From an uncultured Methanoregulaceae archaeon (GTDB lineage: Archaea > Halobacteriota > Methanomicrobia > Methanomicrobiales > Methanospirillaceae), in assembly GCA_963705255.1 (NCBI GenBank), contig OY970061.1, forward strand, positions 864,001 to 928,000: a stretch of DNA of 64,000 nt, given 5' to 3'. How positions within the stretch are numbered: position 1 is the first letter of the stretch; every line of letters starts with the position of its first letter. The notes under the pieces are model-generated. The model did no database searches, was not told where the DNA came from, and saw only the letters and a program-made list of their open reading frames with translations. The position numbers were made by a program, and so were the translations under genes. Shown piece by piece: positions 53,820 to 64,000 of the stretch.

Positions 53820-54662
53820 TCAATATTTATACCAGCGTCCCTTGCTGTCATATTCACCGCTCATCTGCTGCTGTATCACGACCGGGCCCCCGGCTATTTT
53901 TTTGAAAAAACAGGCCTTGTAACTGTAAAGGATGGGGATGAGGAGGAAGCCGGCAAGGAATACGATGACTGCAGTGATCCACATGCCGTCAGGACCGATG
54001 ATAGCAACAAGTTGCTCCGGGGTAAATGCCTGGAGTTGTGCCTCGGTATACCGGGTGATCGGTTCGAGTTTGTCATAGAGAAACGCTTCCCAGACCACCA
54101 TCAGACAGAAAACGATGCCCAATGTCACGGCAATGCTGACCACGATAAACGCGATCACCTCGGAAAAGTGGGTTGTTACAAGTCCGATACTCCGGTGAAT
54201 GGAATCAAATACCTTCCGCCCTTCAAACACCGCTGCGGTATCGAAAAAGAGCGTGAGGACGAGACATGGGATCATGATACAGAATGTGACGATGACCATG
54301 AAGGCCGGGTCGGGTGTTGACCCGGTGAGCGTAAAGGTGATGATGATCAGGACAAACACCACCAGGATGGCAAATATGATGACCAGCTGTGGGAGGAGCA
54401 CGGGGAAATGGTACCGGATTCCCCCGCCGACCAGTGCCCTGAGGTCCCCGCCATTGTTCCTGATGATGAGAAGCAGTCCGGTAGTAAACAGGAGGAGCAA
54501 AAGCCCTGATACGATAAGGAGCCGGCCTGCGAAAAACGTCCCCGACAGGTTGAGGATGATCCAGAGCACTGCCGCTGATAACCCCCCGATCAGGCCGGGG
54601 ACCCAGAGCAACGGCATCCGCCGGAGAAGATGGAGAGCCTCCTTGAATTCAGCGATCGCCAT
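53820..54662 (-). CDS. Hypothetical membrane protein
   Basis: About six hydrophobic segments, C-terminal GEYDSKGRWYKY; starts just after the stop of the upstream gene. Confidence 0.8.
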   Translation of the reverse strand: MAIAEFKEALHLLRRMPLLWVPGLIGGLSAAVLWIILNLSGTFFAGRLLIVSGLLLLLFTTGLLLIIRNNGGDLRALVGGGIRYHFPVLLPQLVIIFAILVVFVLIIITFTLTGSTPDPAFMVIVTFCIMIPCLVLTLFFDTAAVFEGRKVFDSIHRSIGLVTTHFSEVIAFIVVSIAVTLGIVFCLMVVWEAFLYDKLEPITRYTEAQLQAFTPEQLVAIIGPDGMWITAVIVFLAGFLLIPILYSYKACFFKKIAGGPVVIQQQMSGEYDSKGRWYKY

Positions 54663-54664
54663 CG

Positions 54665-55255
54665 TTACCGGGTCCTCGGCATGGCAACGATCTCGCGTAC
54701 CTGGAGGTCAAAGAAACTGCTGGTGTGCGCAGGGCGGATAACGCAGACCGTGTCAGCACCGCTTGCAGTCCCGCCGGCAGCAACAACCTCACCGGTTGCG
54801 CTGATTGCGCCCTGGTCAGCGGCAATCAGAACGCATTCGACGGCCACTTTGAGACCCACTGCAACAACCCGCCGGAGGGCTTCAGCGATGGCTTCCGTGC
54901 GGGACCCGCCGCCGACTTTTGTCGAGCGGGAGAGTGCCCGCTCCAGCCCGGAGAGGGCATGGGTACCCGTCACAATCCTGACCCCCTGCTTCTGCAGGCT
55001 CTGGGCAGTCTCGTGTGAAAATTCCCACTCGCCAGGTTTTGCAAACCCGACCACATGGGTGACGACTACGAGCTGGAGACCGGACCCTTTCATTGCATCG
55101 AAGAAGATCTGCGCAGTCTTACCGGACGTGCTTGCAACAACCACAATCTTGAGGTTGAGTTCTAGGGCACGCTGTACGGAAAACCGTGCAGCGTCCGCAG
55201 TGTTCTCCTCGCCCGGCCGTTCAAAATAATAGGTTTTCCTCTCAACAAATGTCAT
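54665..55255 (-). CDS. Pyruvate-kinase C-terminal-like domain protein (COG1751)
   Basis: YFERPGEENT, VVASTSGKTA, THALSGLER, GLKVAVEC...AADQG, GGT..GADT. Confidence 0.85.
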   Translation of the reverse strand: MTFVERKTYYFERPGEENTADAARFSVQRALELNLKIVVVASTSGKTAQIFFDAMKGSGLQLVVVTHVVGFAKPGEWEFSHETAQSLQKQGVRIVTGTHALSGLERALSRSTKVGGGSRTEAIAEALRRVVAVGLKVAVECVLIAADQGAISATGEVVAAGGTASGADTVCVIRPAHTSSFFDLQVREIVAMPRTR

Positions 55256-55352
55256 GAGTACCTTTTATTAAGCCGGGATGGAAAAACTTTGTCAGACTCT
55301 GTTCATACTGATAATTGCGAATTTCATTATAATCAAGTCTGAGGAACCTTCC

Positions 55353-56521
55353 ATGATCACCCTGGCTCTTGCAGGAAAACCCAACTGCGGAAAATCGACC
55401 TTTTTCAAGGCAGCCACGATGGCAAATGCTGAGATCGCCAATTACCCCTTCACCACCATCAACCCGAATTTCGGTGTTGGCTATGTGCGGACGAAGTGCG
55501 CGTGTTCTGACCTGAAAGTAAAATGCAGCCACTGTATTGACGGTTCCCGCTTCGTGCCGGTGAACCTTATCGATGTCGCAGGGCTCGTACCCGATGCGCA
55601 CAAAGGCAAAGGTCTTGGCAACCAGTTCCTCGACCACCTCCGGCAGGTCGATGCGATCCTCCACATCATCGATGCGAGCGGCGGGACTGACAGCGAAGGA
55701 AACCCGGTCAGCGTGGGAAACCATGATCCTGAAGAGGACATCAAGTTCCTCATCTTTGAGATGACGATGTGGGCTCATGGTATCCTTGGCAAACATTGGA
55801 CGAGAATAAGCCGGCAATCACAGGGGAAGGGCGCTGCCATTCAGCAGGGGATCGCTGAGACGTTCACCGGCCTCGGGATCACCACTGAAGATGTGCGCGA
55901 TGTGGAGCTGAAACTGAAGATCGATCTCGTCCATGCATCGATTGAGGATCTCATCCCTCTCTGCGCGGAGATGATAAAAATATCAAAACCGATGCTGGTC
56001 GTCGGCAACAAGGTCGACGAGACCCCCGGGGCACTGCGCACCCGGCTCGCTGCAGCCCGCGTCGTGTTTGCAAGCGCGGCATCCGAACTGGCGTTGCGGA
56101 ACGCCGCAGCAGCGCACGTGATCCAGTACCTTCCCGGAGACCCGGAGTTCAGGATCGCAAACGAAGGTTCTCTCTTCCGGCCCAGAAAGCCGGCCTTGCA
56201 AAGATCGCGGAAGTGATGAAACAGGGCAACGGAACCGGTGTACAACAGGCCATCAACCAGGCAGTATTCGATCTGCTTGACATGATTGTCGTCTACCCGG
56301 TAGAAGACGAGAACCACTACTGCAACAAACAGGGAGACGTGCTGCCGGATGCTTTCCTGATGAAGAACGGTTCAACGCCCCATGATCTGGCTTTCCAGGT
56401 GCATACGGACATAGGAAAGGGATTTCTCTATGCGGTTGACGCCAGGACTAAGATGCGGATCAAGGAGAACCACGTGCTTCGGAACGGGGATATCATCAAA
56501 ATTGTCAGTGTGGCAAAGTAA
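55353..56521 (+). CDS. ychF: YchF/OBG-family ATPase, frameshift near 56175
   Basis: GKPNCGKST, YPFTTINPN, DVAGLV, NKVD, C-terminal TGS domain (VHTDIGKGF). Confidence 0.92.
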
Positions 56522-56709
56522 ATGCGGCACGGTTAATAGTCTGGTATGACGATTGTCATCTTATTGTCTGACAATGCGGCCGCACTTTTTGAAAATCTCT
56601 GATTTTATGGGATTTTTTACCGGGAAAACCCTCCTTTTTCCACAAAGTTTATCATGGGATAATGTGAACAGAGGATTTACCGAGAACCAAGACGGCAGGA
56701 GGTGGATTC

Positions 56710-57030
56710 ATGGGTGGGGATATTTATCAGGCACAGGTTATCAGGAATTTCTTTGACTGCATCACCGGGACGGACAGGAACCTGACCCGGATCTATATGT
56801 GTGTCATGAGCCTTGCCAAACTCCGCATGGAGCCTCCCGAAAAGATGGCTGCCCTGGTCGACCAGTTGCGCAAGAGCAAGATCCAGAAGGAACTCTCTGT
56901 TGACATCCTCGATTACATGTGCGATGCTGCAAACCAGCTGGAACTCAGCACGGTCCAGACCGCGTTTGGTGTCAAGGACATCCGGGAAGTGGCACAGGAC
57001 TTTACCGGCATCAGCATGGACAGCCTCTGA
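56710..57030 (+). CDS. Hypothetical protein
   Basis: 106-aa ORF with strong GGAGGTGG RBS and T-rich tract downstream. Confidence 0.75.
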   Translation: MGGDIYQAQVIRNFFDCITGTDRNLTRIYMCVMSLAKLRMEPPEKMAALVDQLRKSKIQKELSVDILDYMCDAANQLELSTVQTAFGVKDIREVAQDFTGISMDSL

Positions 57031-57123
57031 GCGGGCTGTCCTCAATCTCCTTTTTCTCACTCCATGGGGATTTTCAAAAATAGAGTGTTGATCATCGGGC
57101 CCGACTAAGACGCGGGATAACGA

Positions 57124-57597
57124 TCAATCGAAACCCATTGCTTTCTTGTAATCCGTGAGGAGTCTTACAATCAGTTTCCGGTGCTCTCCCATGGTTTCTT
57201 CATCGTCCGGAGAGGTGAGGAGTGCCACTACGTAAACGAGGATGAGAGCATTGTCCAGTTCGAATGTCCCAGGGTCTTCAACCTTCTCGGCCGGCAGGTC
57301 GATAGCTATGTATCTGCGCTCTTCCGGGGAAAATGCGATTGAGAGATCGGGTGTTACCCGGGACCTGGTGCGGTCATCTGCATTCGCCCTGACTATGGCG
57401 AGTGCCTTTTTCAGTGCCGCATTGGGTCCGCTTTCAGGAATCACTGCAATGGCGTGAGTGCATTCCCGGACCGCATTTTCATAAAGACCGAATTTGAAAG
57501 CAAGGAATGCGGATGCGATCTCGTGGGCGGTTGAGGACGGAAAACCCGGGAACTGGAGTCGCAGGCGTTCTAGATAGGCATCAAGAAATTTTTCCAT
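57124..57597 (-). CDS. Hypothetical protein
   Basis: Helical ORF with GGAGG RBS upstream. Confidence 0.7.
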   Translation of the reverse strand: MEKFLDAYLERLRLQFPGFPSSTAHEIASAFLAFKFGLYENAVRECTHAIAVIPESGPNAALKKALAIVRANADDRTRSRVTPDLSIAFSPEERRYIAIDLPAEKVEDPGTFELDNALILVYVVALLTSPDDEETMGEHRKLIVRLLTDYKKAMGFD

Positions 57598-57826
57598 CAG
57601 GACATATCCTCCTGTGAGTGAGCTCACCAGAACTGCTGGACTTCTCTGGTAGTTCCACAGATTCTGAAATCTGGAAATAACCCGAATGCGCCCTGGTTCT
57701 GACGTTCAGATAGTACCTTGGAAGCAGTGCCACATGAACGTATCCTTATGCCTGCAGTCGGATATATTGAACTCAGGGTATCAATGGTTTATAAGAGAAA
57801 GAAGCACCAATATTCCCGCTATCGGT

Positions 57827-58588
57827 ATGGGTGCAGTAATTTTTTCTGATGTGCACTCCGATGCAGACGCTATCGGGGCACTTGCTTCGTGCATCGGGTC
57901 TCCGTTCTTCCGGCAGGAGTTTGGCCCGGTCGACGTTCTTATAAACCTGGGAGACCTCCTTCACCGGGGAAGCCAGCCTCAGGAAACCCTGGAAAAGATC
58001 CACACTCTTTCCCACGAGTACCGGCTCATTTCAATCCTTGGTAACCATGATCACGCATTTATCCACGGCATCCTGGTGAGCGGCAGTGATGCGGCGAGCA
58101 CCTACCGCCACGAGCAGCTGCGCGACTCCCCCCTTCTCTCTCTATTCGACGCGATGCCCATGGAATGGGCAGACCGCGGCATGCTCTTTGTCCATGGAGG
58201 TCCGCTTGAACTCGGCAACCAAACCCTCAGACTCAAGTGCTGGCAGCGGCTCTCCCACGAGAGCGGTGACTTTTTTACCGGGTACCATTATACGGCGCCG
58301 ATGGCATTCGAAGCTCTTGAGAAAAGGGGCCTTACCCATATGTGCTGCGGGCACCAGCACGAGCATATCTGTTGCAGAAAAACTGCGAATGGTATTGTAC
58401 AGCACGAGCTTAAATTCAGACTGTTGAGCGGGGAGATCGAACCGGGCAATATCAGGCTTGAAGCAGCGCGTGTACCCCTCGACTACCCGACGCTCTTCCG
58501 TGTCGGAGGCTGTCACGGCTATGCACCAGAATTTGCATACACCGATTTCTCTGCATTCTCCTTCATCCGGATTCTGCTCCCTGCATAA
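57827..58588 (+). CDS. Calcineurin-like metallophosphoesterase
   Basis: SDVH, LGDLLHRG, GNHD, VHGG, GHQH. Confidence 0.9.
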   Translation: MGAVIFSDVHSDADAIGALASCIGSPFFRQEFGPVDVLINLGDLLHRGSQPQETLEKIHTLSHEYRLISILGNHDHAFIHGILVSGSDAASTYRHEQLRDSPLLSLFDAMPMEWADRGMLFVHGGPLELGNQTLRLKCWQRLSHESGDFFTGYHYTAPMAFEALEKRGLTHMCCGHQHEHICCRKTANGIVQHELKFRLLSGEIEPGNIRLEAARVPLDYPTLFRVGGCHGYAPEFAYTDFSAFSFIRILLPA

Positions 58589-58728
58589 ATTCCGGGCCTG
58601 ATACTGTTGCCCTAGACCGTCTTTTATCTTGGATAAAGATCTGGTTCTCCGCAATTTTTGCCCGGTTTGTGCTCTGCATATAAAACCAAAGGCATTTTTT
58701 CCCTTTTTCGCGATATATTTATATTATG

Positions 58729-58745
58729 TAACCACAAAGTGGTTA
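58729..58745. promoter_or_regulatory. Palindromic operator between TATA box and antitoxin-like start
   Basis: taaccac-aaa-gtggtta immediately after tttatatta and 2 nt before the ATG. Confidence 0.55.
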
Positions 58746-58747
58746 TT

Positions 58748-58942
58748 ATGCCTCGTGCAGGCGAGGGACGTTCGATACGAATCGATCCTGAGGTGTATGA
58801 GGCGCTTCTCACGCTGAAACGTGGGAATATGACGTTTTCCGACGTCATCGCGCAGATGCTCCGTGAATGCTACGGGTGGTCGGACGAATTTTCGGCCAGC
58901 CAGCGTGAGCTTGAGGATTTTATCGAAATCCATCCACGATAA
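58748..58942 (+). CDS. Archaeal VapB-like/RHH DNA-binding protein
   Basis: SIRIDPEVYEALLTLKRGNMTFSDVIAQML matches the archaeal antitoxin RHH pattern. Confidence 0.75.
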   Translation: MPRAGEGRSIRIDPEVYEALLTLKRGNMTFSDVIAQMLRECYGWSDEFSASQRELEDFIEIHPR

Positions 58943-58994
58943 TCCCTTTGGCTTCATCACGGATCCTGCAAAAGACCAAACGGTGTCTGATCCG

Positions 58995-59105
58995 ATGAAA
59001 TTGGTGCTTACCGAAGATATCAACCAAGACCGGCTCAACTGGCTTGTCGAACGAGTGGACGAGATGTTTTCGGAAGATGATGATGATGAGAACGATACCT
59101 TATAA
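58995..59105 (+). CDS. Possible 36-aa acidic peptide
   Basis: MKLVLTEDINQDRLNWLVERVDEMFSEDDDDENDTL, GGTG upstream. Confidence 0.35.
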   Translation: MKLVLTEDINQDRLNWLVERVDEMFSEDDDDENDTL

Positions 59106-59129
59106 CCACAAAATGCCGACCCGTTCCCC

Positions 59130-60420
59130 TCACGCTGGCCCTTGGCAATTAACCTGAAGTTGCACGTTCTCCCCAGCAATCTCTCCAATTTTTATGCGCA
59201 GTTCCTCTACAAGTACCGGGATCTTCTCTCCGCTCTTCAGTCTCCAGTCTACCAGTTCCTTAAGCGACTGTTTCTCTTTTGACAGTCTCGATTCCAGCTG
59301 GTGCCGTTCGCGTTCGAGCGAATTCACCCGGATGAGAACAGGGTGTACGATCAGGGATTCCTGGGCAGCGGCACACGCGTCCTCACGGGCCCTGAGTTCC
59401 CTGCACATCATAATCATCTCCTGGCAAAACCGAGAGGTATCGGAAAAAATTGAGTACTCTTCCTTGTTTTTCAGCACAATTTCCCCGCTGCCGATCATCC
59501 GTTCAGCTATCGGGCATGCAGCAGTGAGCAGGGCGGTCAGTTCCTGCGGATCCGGCATGGCATGATCCGAGAGGAGTTCCATGGCATGCCGGAGAGGCTG
59601 AAACTTCGGGCGAGTGCTTCTGTCTGACCGCAATTTTTTCGGCTTTGCGGAATACATGGGACGCGGTCATGGAGAGAGCAGCATAGGAACGTACCCTATC
59701 ATCGCGTTCCCGTTCCTTGGCTGCAAGCGCGGACCTCAGCCCCGAAATCTCTTTCATCTGTTCATCGGAACAAAGGAGACTTGTCTCGTTCCCGATTTTC
59801 GTCATGCGATCCGTTATCTCTGTAATGCGTCCGATAATGCGCTGCTCTTTTTCAGCTGATTTTGCATAATCCGCTTTGAGATCTCTGACTGCATCGTACA
59901 ATTCCCTCACAATTTTTTCCCTGTCGAGCTCTTTCCGGTACCGCCCGAGGGAATCGGTGAGGCCGTTAATCTCCCGCCCCATCGCATCAATACCGGTTCT
60001 GACCGATTTCATTTCATCGGGAAAGACGACCTGGAGATACCTTCCCTGTCCCCGCGTACTGTTCAGGCACCCTTTCACGCATTCGACTGCTGCAGAGTAA
60101 AATTCGTTTATCTCGTCCGGTAATTCTTTTGCCAGGGACGCGTTCATTGCCCTGACAAAGAGGGGAAGGGAGTTCTTTGCGATACTCTTGAGTTTCGGGT
60201 GAATTTTTGGATCGTGCTCGGAACCGGCGATGCTGTTCACGATGTGCTGCAGCTGTGCCGCTGCGTTCCGGATGTTCCGGACAGGCATTGTTGTTTCGGA
60301 TTCAAGTGTGGACAGTGCCGACTCCCTGCGGGCGTCAAGCCATTCCGGAATAGAGTCAAAGGAGATGAGGGTCGGTTCCTGTTCTTTTCTGCTCAGGATC
60401 TTTTTCAGAAAATCATGCAT
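59130..60420 (-). CDS. Coiled-coil hypothetical protein, frameshift near 59600
   Basis: ORFs 59503..60429 and 59130..59657 join into one heptad-rich protein. Confidence 0.72.
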
Positions 60421-60471
60421 ACGATGCACCAGATAGACGTTTTATGGTCTTGGCGGCTGCCACAGGGACGG

Positions 60472-60978
60472 TTAGTCATTTCGGGCAATCTGGAGGAGCC
60501 GTTCTTTTCCTTTGATCTCTCTGAGCACCCGGACGACCGGTTGCGGGATAAGCTCCTCCCATGGTTCACCGGCAAGCATCCGGCGCCGGATCTCGGTTCC
60601 GCTCAGGGTCTGGCGCTCATACAATGCAGGTGACTGGACTTTGATGCCCGACTCCCTGAAGAGCTGGATGACGAGGGGGTTTGAAGAGTAACAGGTCTCA
60701 AACGGCGGGGCCATCGAACGGACATGGGCCACCCAGAGGGCGTTGCGCTGGATGTCCTCAATCGGGATGACATAGAACGGGCATTCCAGGGAAGCGAGCG
60801 CCCGGGTTATCATCAGGACGCGCTCACCGGCGGTAAATGGGTTGTCAACCTGGTGGGAGAGCTGTGCGCTGCCGATCCCGATGATGATCTCGTCAACTTT
60901 TCCTGCGATATGTTCGAGCACGGACTGGTGCCCGTTATGGTAGGGCTGGAACCTCCCGATATAAAATCCCCGTTTCAT
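60472..60978 (-). CDS. nadM: Nicotinamide-nucleotide adenylyltransferase
   Basis: [18 protein letters not shown]...[14 protein letters not shown]. Confidence 0.94.
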   Translation of the reverse strand: MKRGFYIGRFQPYHNGHQSVLEHIAGKVDEIIIGIGSAQLSHQVDNPFTAGERVLMITRALASLECPFYVIPIEDIQRNALWVAHVRSMAPPFETCYSSNPLVIQLFRESGIKVQSPALYERQTLSGTEIRRRMLAGEPWEELIPQPVVRVLREIKGKERLLQIARND

Positions 60979-61752
60979 GGATGCACTCCCATATTTGCGA
61001 TCCGGGCAGCAAAGGCACCGGCGGTGAACCCGGCGTCAATGTTCACAACGGCTATGACCGAGCACGACTGGAGCATGCTGGCAAGAGTCTGCTTTCCCCT
61101 CCCCCATGTAACCATAGCCGACACTCACAGGGAGACCGATTACCGGCTTGTCGACCAGCCCGGCAACAACAGCCGGCAGGGTCCCCTCCCTCCCCGCGCA
61201 GACTACGAAGACGTTGGCTGCAAGTACGGACTTGAGCGCAGGGAACAGGCGGTGGATGCCGGCTGCCCCTACATCATAGGCAGTCCGTACCTCACACCCC
61301 ATCTCTTCAGCAATAATCCTGGCCTCCTCAGCGACCCGGATATCAGAGGTGCCGGCGGTGATGATCGCTACAACTCCTCCTGTCTTCGCGGGTGCCGGCC
61401 CATTTCCCATGATGAGGACCCCCCCGGTATTGCGGTATTCTGCTGCTATGCCCTTCTTCGTCGCGGATTCCCGTACTCGTTCAGCCTGATCGGGACTGAT
61501 GCGCGTGATGATACAGCGCCCCGCTGCCTCCGCATGGCGAATGGCAATCTCTGCGAGATGGGCCGGGTCTTTTCCGTCAGCAAGAACCACTTCGGGCATA
61601 CCGCAGCGTATGCTCCGCCCGAGGTCAATACAGGCAAAATCCCCGATGCGGTCGAGGCGCAGCCCTTCAATGGCCTCGGCCGCCGAATCGAGGGAGATCG
61701 CGCCCTCCTTATATTTCCTAAGGAGATCCTGTAACGCCGAGTTTGCCTGCAT
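60975..61752 (-). CDS. larB: Nickel-pincer cofactor biosynthesis protein LarB (PurE-like), frameshift near 61090
   Basis: [47 protein letters not shown]; shifted frame gives [18 protein letters not shown]. Confidence 0.88.
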
Positions 61753-61803
61753 GGTTGTAATAATACAGATATGGAACAGCGTATAATAAGTTAGTTCATT
61801 GCC

Positions 61804-62124
61804 ATGTCGTACCTTCTCTATGTTGCCCTGTTCGGGACTGCAGCCACGATCTTTCTCTGGCTGAGGGACGCGCGGATATTTTTCAGGACGGGGCTTCCGG
61901 GATACCGCTCGGCTGCTTACTGGGGTGTTGCCTATGGCGCGCTCGCGACCCTTGGTTTTCAAGTGGCATTCTTCGCTCCCGATTTTGAACTTCTCGGCCT
62001 TGGCTTGATTCTTGCGGCGATGTATCTCCTTGTCAACCGGAAAAAGGAGAAGATATGGAAAGATGAAGGCACCCTGCAACGGCTTCTTGGCAGTGTGCCG
62101 CCCGGAAGGGTGAATAAGAAATAA
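61804..62124 (+). CDS. Small hypothetical membrane protein
   Basis: Three hydrophobic segments, WLRDARIFFRTGLPGYR. Confidence 0.75.
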   Translation: MSYLLYVALFGTAATIFLWLRDARIFFRTGLPGYRSAAYWGVAYGALATLGFQVAFFAPDFELLGLGLILAAMYLLVNRKKEKIWKDEGTLQRLLGSVPPGRVNKK

Positions 62125-62161
62125 TGTGATGCGAACGGTCCTGAATAAGGACTTTACAACC

Positions 62162-63394
62162 ATGCTCCAGAAACCACGAGGCACGAGAGATTTTTTACCG
62201 GATGAGATGGAAGCGCGGCGCGCCACGGAATGGCGCATGCGGGAAGTTGCTCGCCGCTGGGGCTACCGGGAAGTCTGTACTCCGGAGTTCGAGGACCTTG
62301 AGCTCTTCACCATGCGGTCTGGCGAGGGAATCGTTGAAGAGATGTATGTTTTTGAAGACAAAGGCGGCCGTAAGCTTGCCCTGCGCCCGGAGATCACTGC
62401 AGCGGTCGTACGCATGTACATCAATGAGGCAAAGGTTGCGCCAAAACCCCTGCGCTGGTGTTATTTCGCCGATTGCTTCAGGTACGAGCGGCCGCAGAAA
62501 GGGCGGTACCGCCAGTTCTGGCAGTTTGGTGTGGAACTCATCGGCGCTGATACCGCGGCCGCTGATGCGGAAGTGATCATGCTTGCTGCTGACATGCTGA
62601 ATGCAACCGGCGTGCGGTACGAGCTGAAAGTCGGCCATCTCTCGTTCATGAAAAATCTTCTTTTGGATCTTGAGCCTCCGGCACAGCGCAGGGTCATGGC
62701 GCATCTCGACAAGAAAGATTTCGACGGGCTCATAGCCACACTCCATACCATGGAAAAGCCGGATCTCGCGGATTCACTCGTAGCCCTTATCGGGAGCGGG
62801 GACCTTGCCGATGCCTTCGAGATTGCAGGGCAGGTTCCAGGGAAAGATCGGATCGAACAGACCATTTCTACTCTCGATGCAGCGGGTGTGAGGTACTCGC
62901 TCAACTTCGGGATCGCGAGAGGCCTGGACTATTATACCGGTACTGTTTTTGAAGGGTTTGCCGATAACCTCGGGGCTGAAAACCAGATCCTTGGCGGAGG
63001 GACATATCGCCTTGCCCATCTCTTCGGCGGGGACGATACTGCCTCCTGCGGGTTTGCCATAGGTTTTGACCGCGTAATGGTCTCCCTTGGGGAGGTCCGG
63101 CAGAAAAAAGATACGGTTATCAGTATCGTCTGCACAGAAGACGGGCGAAAACGTGCCCTCGAAGTCGCCCGCGCATTCCGCGACTCCGGTATCCGAACCG
63201 AGATGGATCTCATGGAACGCGGTCTCGGAGCCCAGCTTGCCCATGCCTCGAAATCCGCGGACTTCGCGATTGTCATCGGGAAGCGTGAAGTGGAATCCGG
63301 GGAGGTGACGCTCAAGGATCTGAAGTCCGGTGAGCAGAAGACGATCGGGTTAAAAGCTGCGATTGCCGGGGTGGTTGCGCTTGGCTCTCGCTGA
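62162..63394 (+). CDS. hisS: Histidine--tRNA ligase
   Basis: PRGTRDF, LRPEIT, FRYERPQKGRYRQFWQ, RGLDYY, GGG.Y, GFAIGFDR. Confidence 0.96.
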   Translation: MLQKPRGTRDFLPDEMEARRATEWRMREVARRWGYREVCTPEFEDLELFTMRSGEGIVEEMYVFEDKGGRKLALRPEITAAVVRMYINEAKVAPKPLRWCYFADCFRYERPQKGRYRQFWQFGVELIGADTAAADAEVIMLAADMLNATGVRYELKVGHLSFMKNLLLDLEPPAQRRVMAHLDKKDFDGLIATLHTMEKPDLADSLVALIGSGDLADAFEIAGQVPGKDRIEQTISTLDAAGVRYSLNFGIARGLDYYTGTVFEGFADNLGAENQILGGGTYRLAHLFGGDDTASCGFAIGFDRVMVSLGEVRQKKDTVISIVCTEDGRKRALEVARAFRDSGIRTEMDLMERGLGAQLAHASKSADFAIVIGKREVESGEVTLKDLKSGEQKTIGLKAAIAGVVALGSR

Positions 63395-64000
63395 CGAGCT
63401 CGCCAAACAGCAGCGCAGCATCAGTGTTGCAGAATTTTTTGAAAAGAACAAGCATCTCCTTGGTTTTGACTCTCCCACGCGGGGGGTTATCACCACCATC
63501 AAGGAGGCCGTGGACAATGCACTGGATGCCTGTGAAGAGGCGCAGGTGCTCCCGGATATTTTCATCAGCATAAAAAAGACCGGTCCCGATATTTTCCGTA
63601 TTATTGTTGAGGACAACGGGCCTGGTATCATAGCAGCGCAGGTCCCGTATGTGTTTGGCAAACTCCTCTACGGGTCGCGGTTCCACCAGATCCGGCAGAC
63701 CCGGGGACAGCAGGGTATAGGTATCTCTGCCGCAGTGCTGTATGCGCAGCTGACCAGCGGCCTTCCGACTGTGGTCATATCCCGCACCGGTGCCAAAGAA
63801 CCGGCCCACCGGTTTGAGATCCAGATCAGGATCGAGACGAACGAGCCGGATATCATCTCCGAGCAGCCCTTTGATTGGGACCGCACTCATGGCACGCGGG
63901 TGCAGATCGAGTTCAAGAGTACCATGTCGGCAAAGAAGAAGCTGCTCGAATATCTCCGGTACACATCCGTAGTCAACCCCCATGCCCGGTTCCGGGTCGA
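63381..64000 (+). CDS. top6B: DNA topoisomerase VI subunit B, 3' end outside window
   Basis: TTG start; ISVAEFFEKNKHLLGFD, KEAVDNALDACEE, EDNGPG, QTRGQQGIGIS (GHKL fold). Confidence 0.95.
   Translation, partial: MALADELAKQQRSISVAEFFEKNKHLLGFDSPTRGVITTIKEAVDNALDACEEAQVLPDIFISIKKTGPDIFRIIVEDNGPGIIAAQVPYVFGKLLYGSRFHQIRQTRGQQGIGISAAVLYAQLTSGLPTVVISRTGAKEPAHRFEIQIRIETNEPDIISEQPFDWDRTHGTRVQIEFKSTMSAKKKLLEYLRYTSVVNPHARFRV

Noticed and set aside
54665-55255. PK_C-like protein as the split-off N-terminus of the diadenylate cyclase
   Set aside because: About 50 kb away and belongs to a widespread stand-alone family; no linking evidence

Overview
64 kb of chromosome from a hydrogenotrophic methanogen. 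Gene content and sequence style suggest Methanomicrobiales, probably Methanoregula-like (inference). Most of it is housekeeping: ADP-forming acyl-CoA synthetase, a three-gene fructose-bisphosphate cluster, cdc48-hsp20, thiC, rnz, RecJ-like, ferritin, amt-glnK plus a nifI1/nifI2-like pair, metG, guaB, mfnB, tmk, valS, ychF, nadM-larB, hisS, top6B and tRNA-Phe. About 12 genes, some essential, carry single-base indels, most likely long-read consensus errors. The most unusual signals are: (1) a ~50-60 bp double-hairpin module (tandem-G.A hairpin plus GAGAAG...CTTCGA hairpin, with covarying stems) found about 11 times in both orientations, nested inside two larger intergenic repeat families, one of which is a MITE with 17-bp TIRs and an 8-bp target-site duplication; (2) a pseudo-receiver-PAS-PAS-diadenylate cyclase fusion; (3) a truncated IS6-like element carrying an AT-rich passenger gene; (4) a degenerate nifI1/nifI2-like P-II pair with no nif genes in the window. 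All calls come from reading the sequence; no database search was run.
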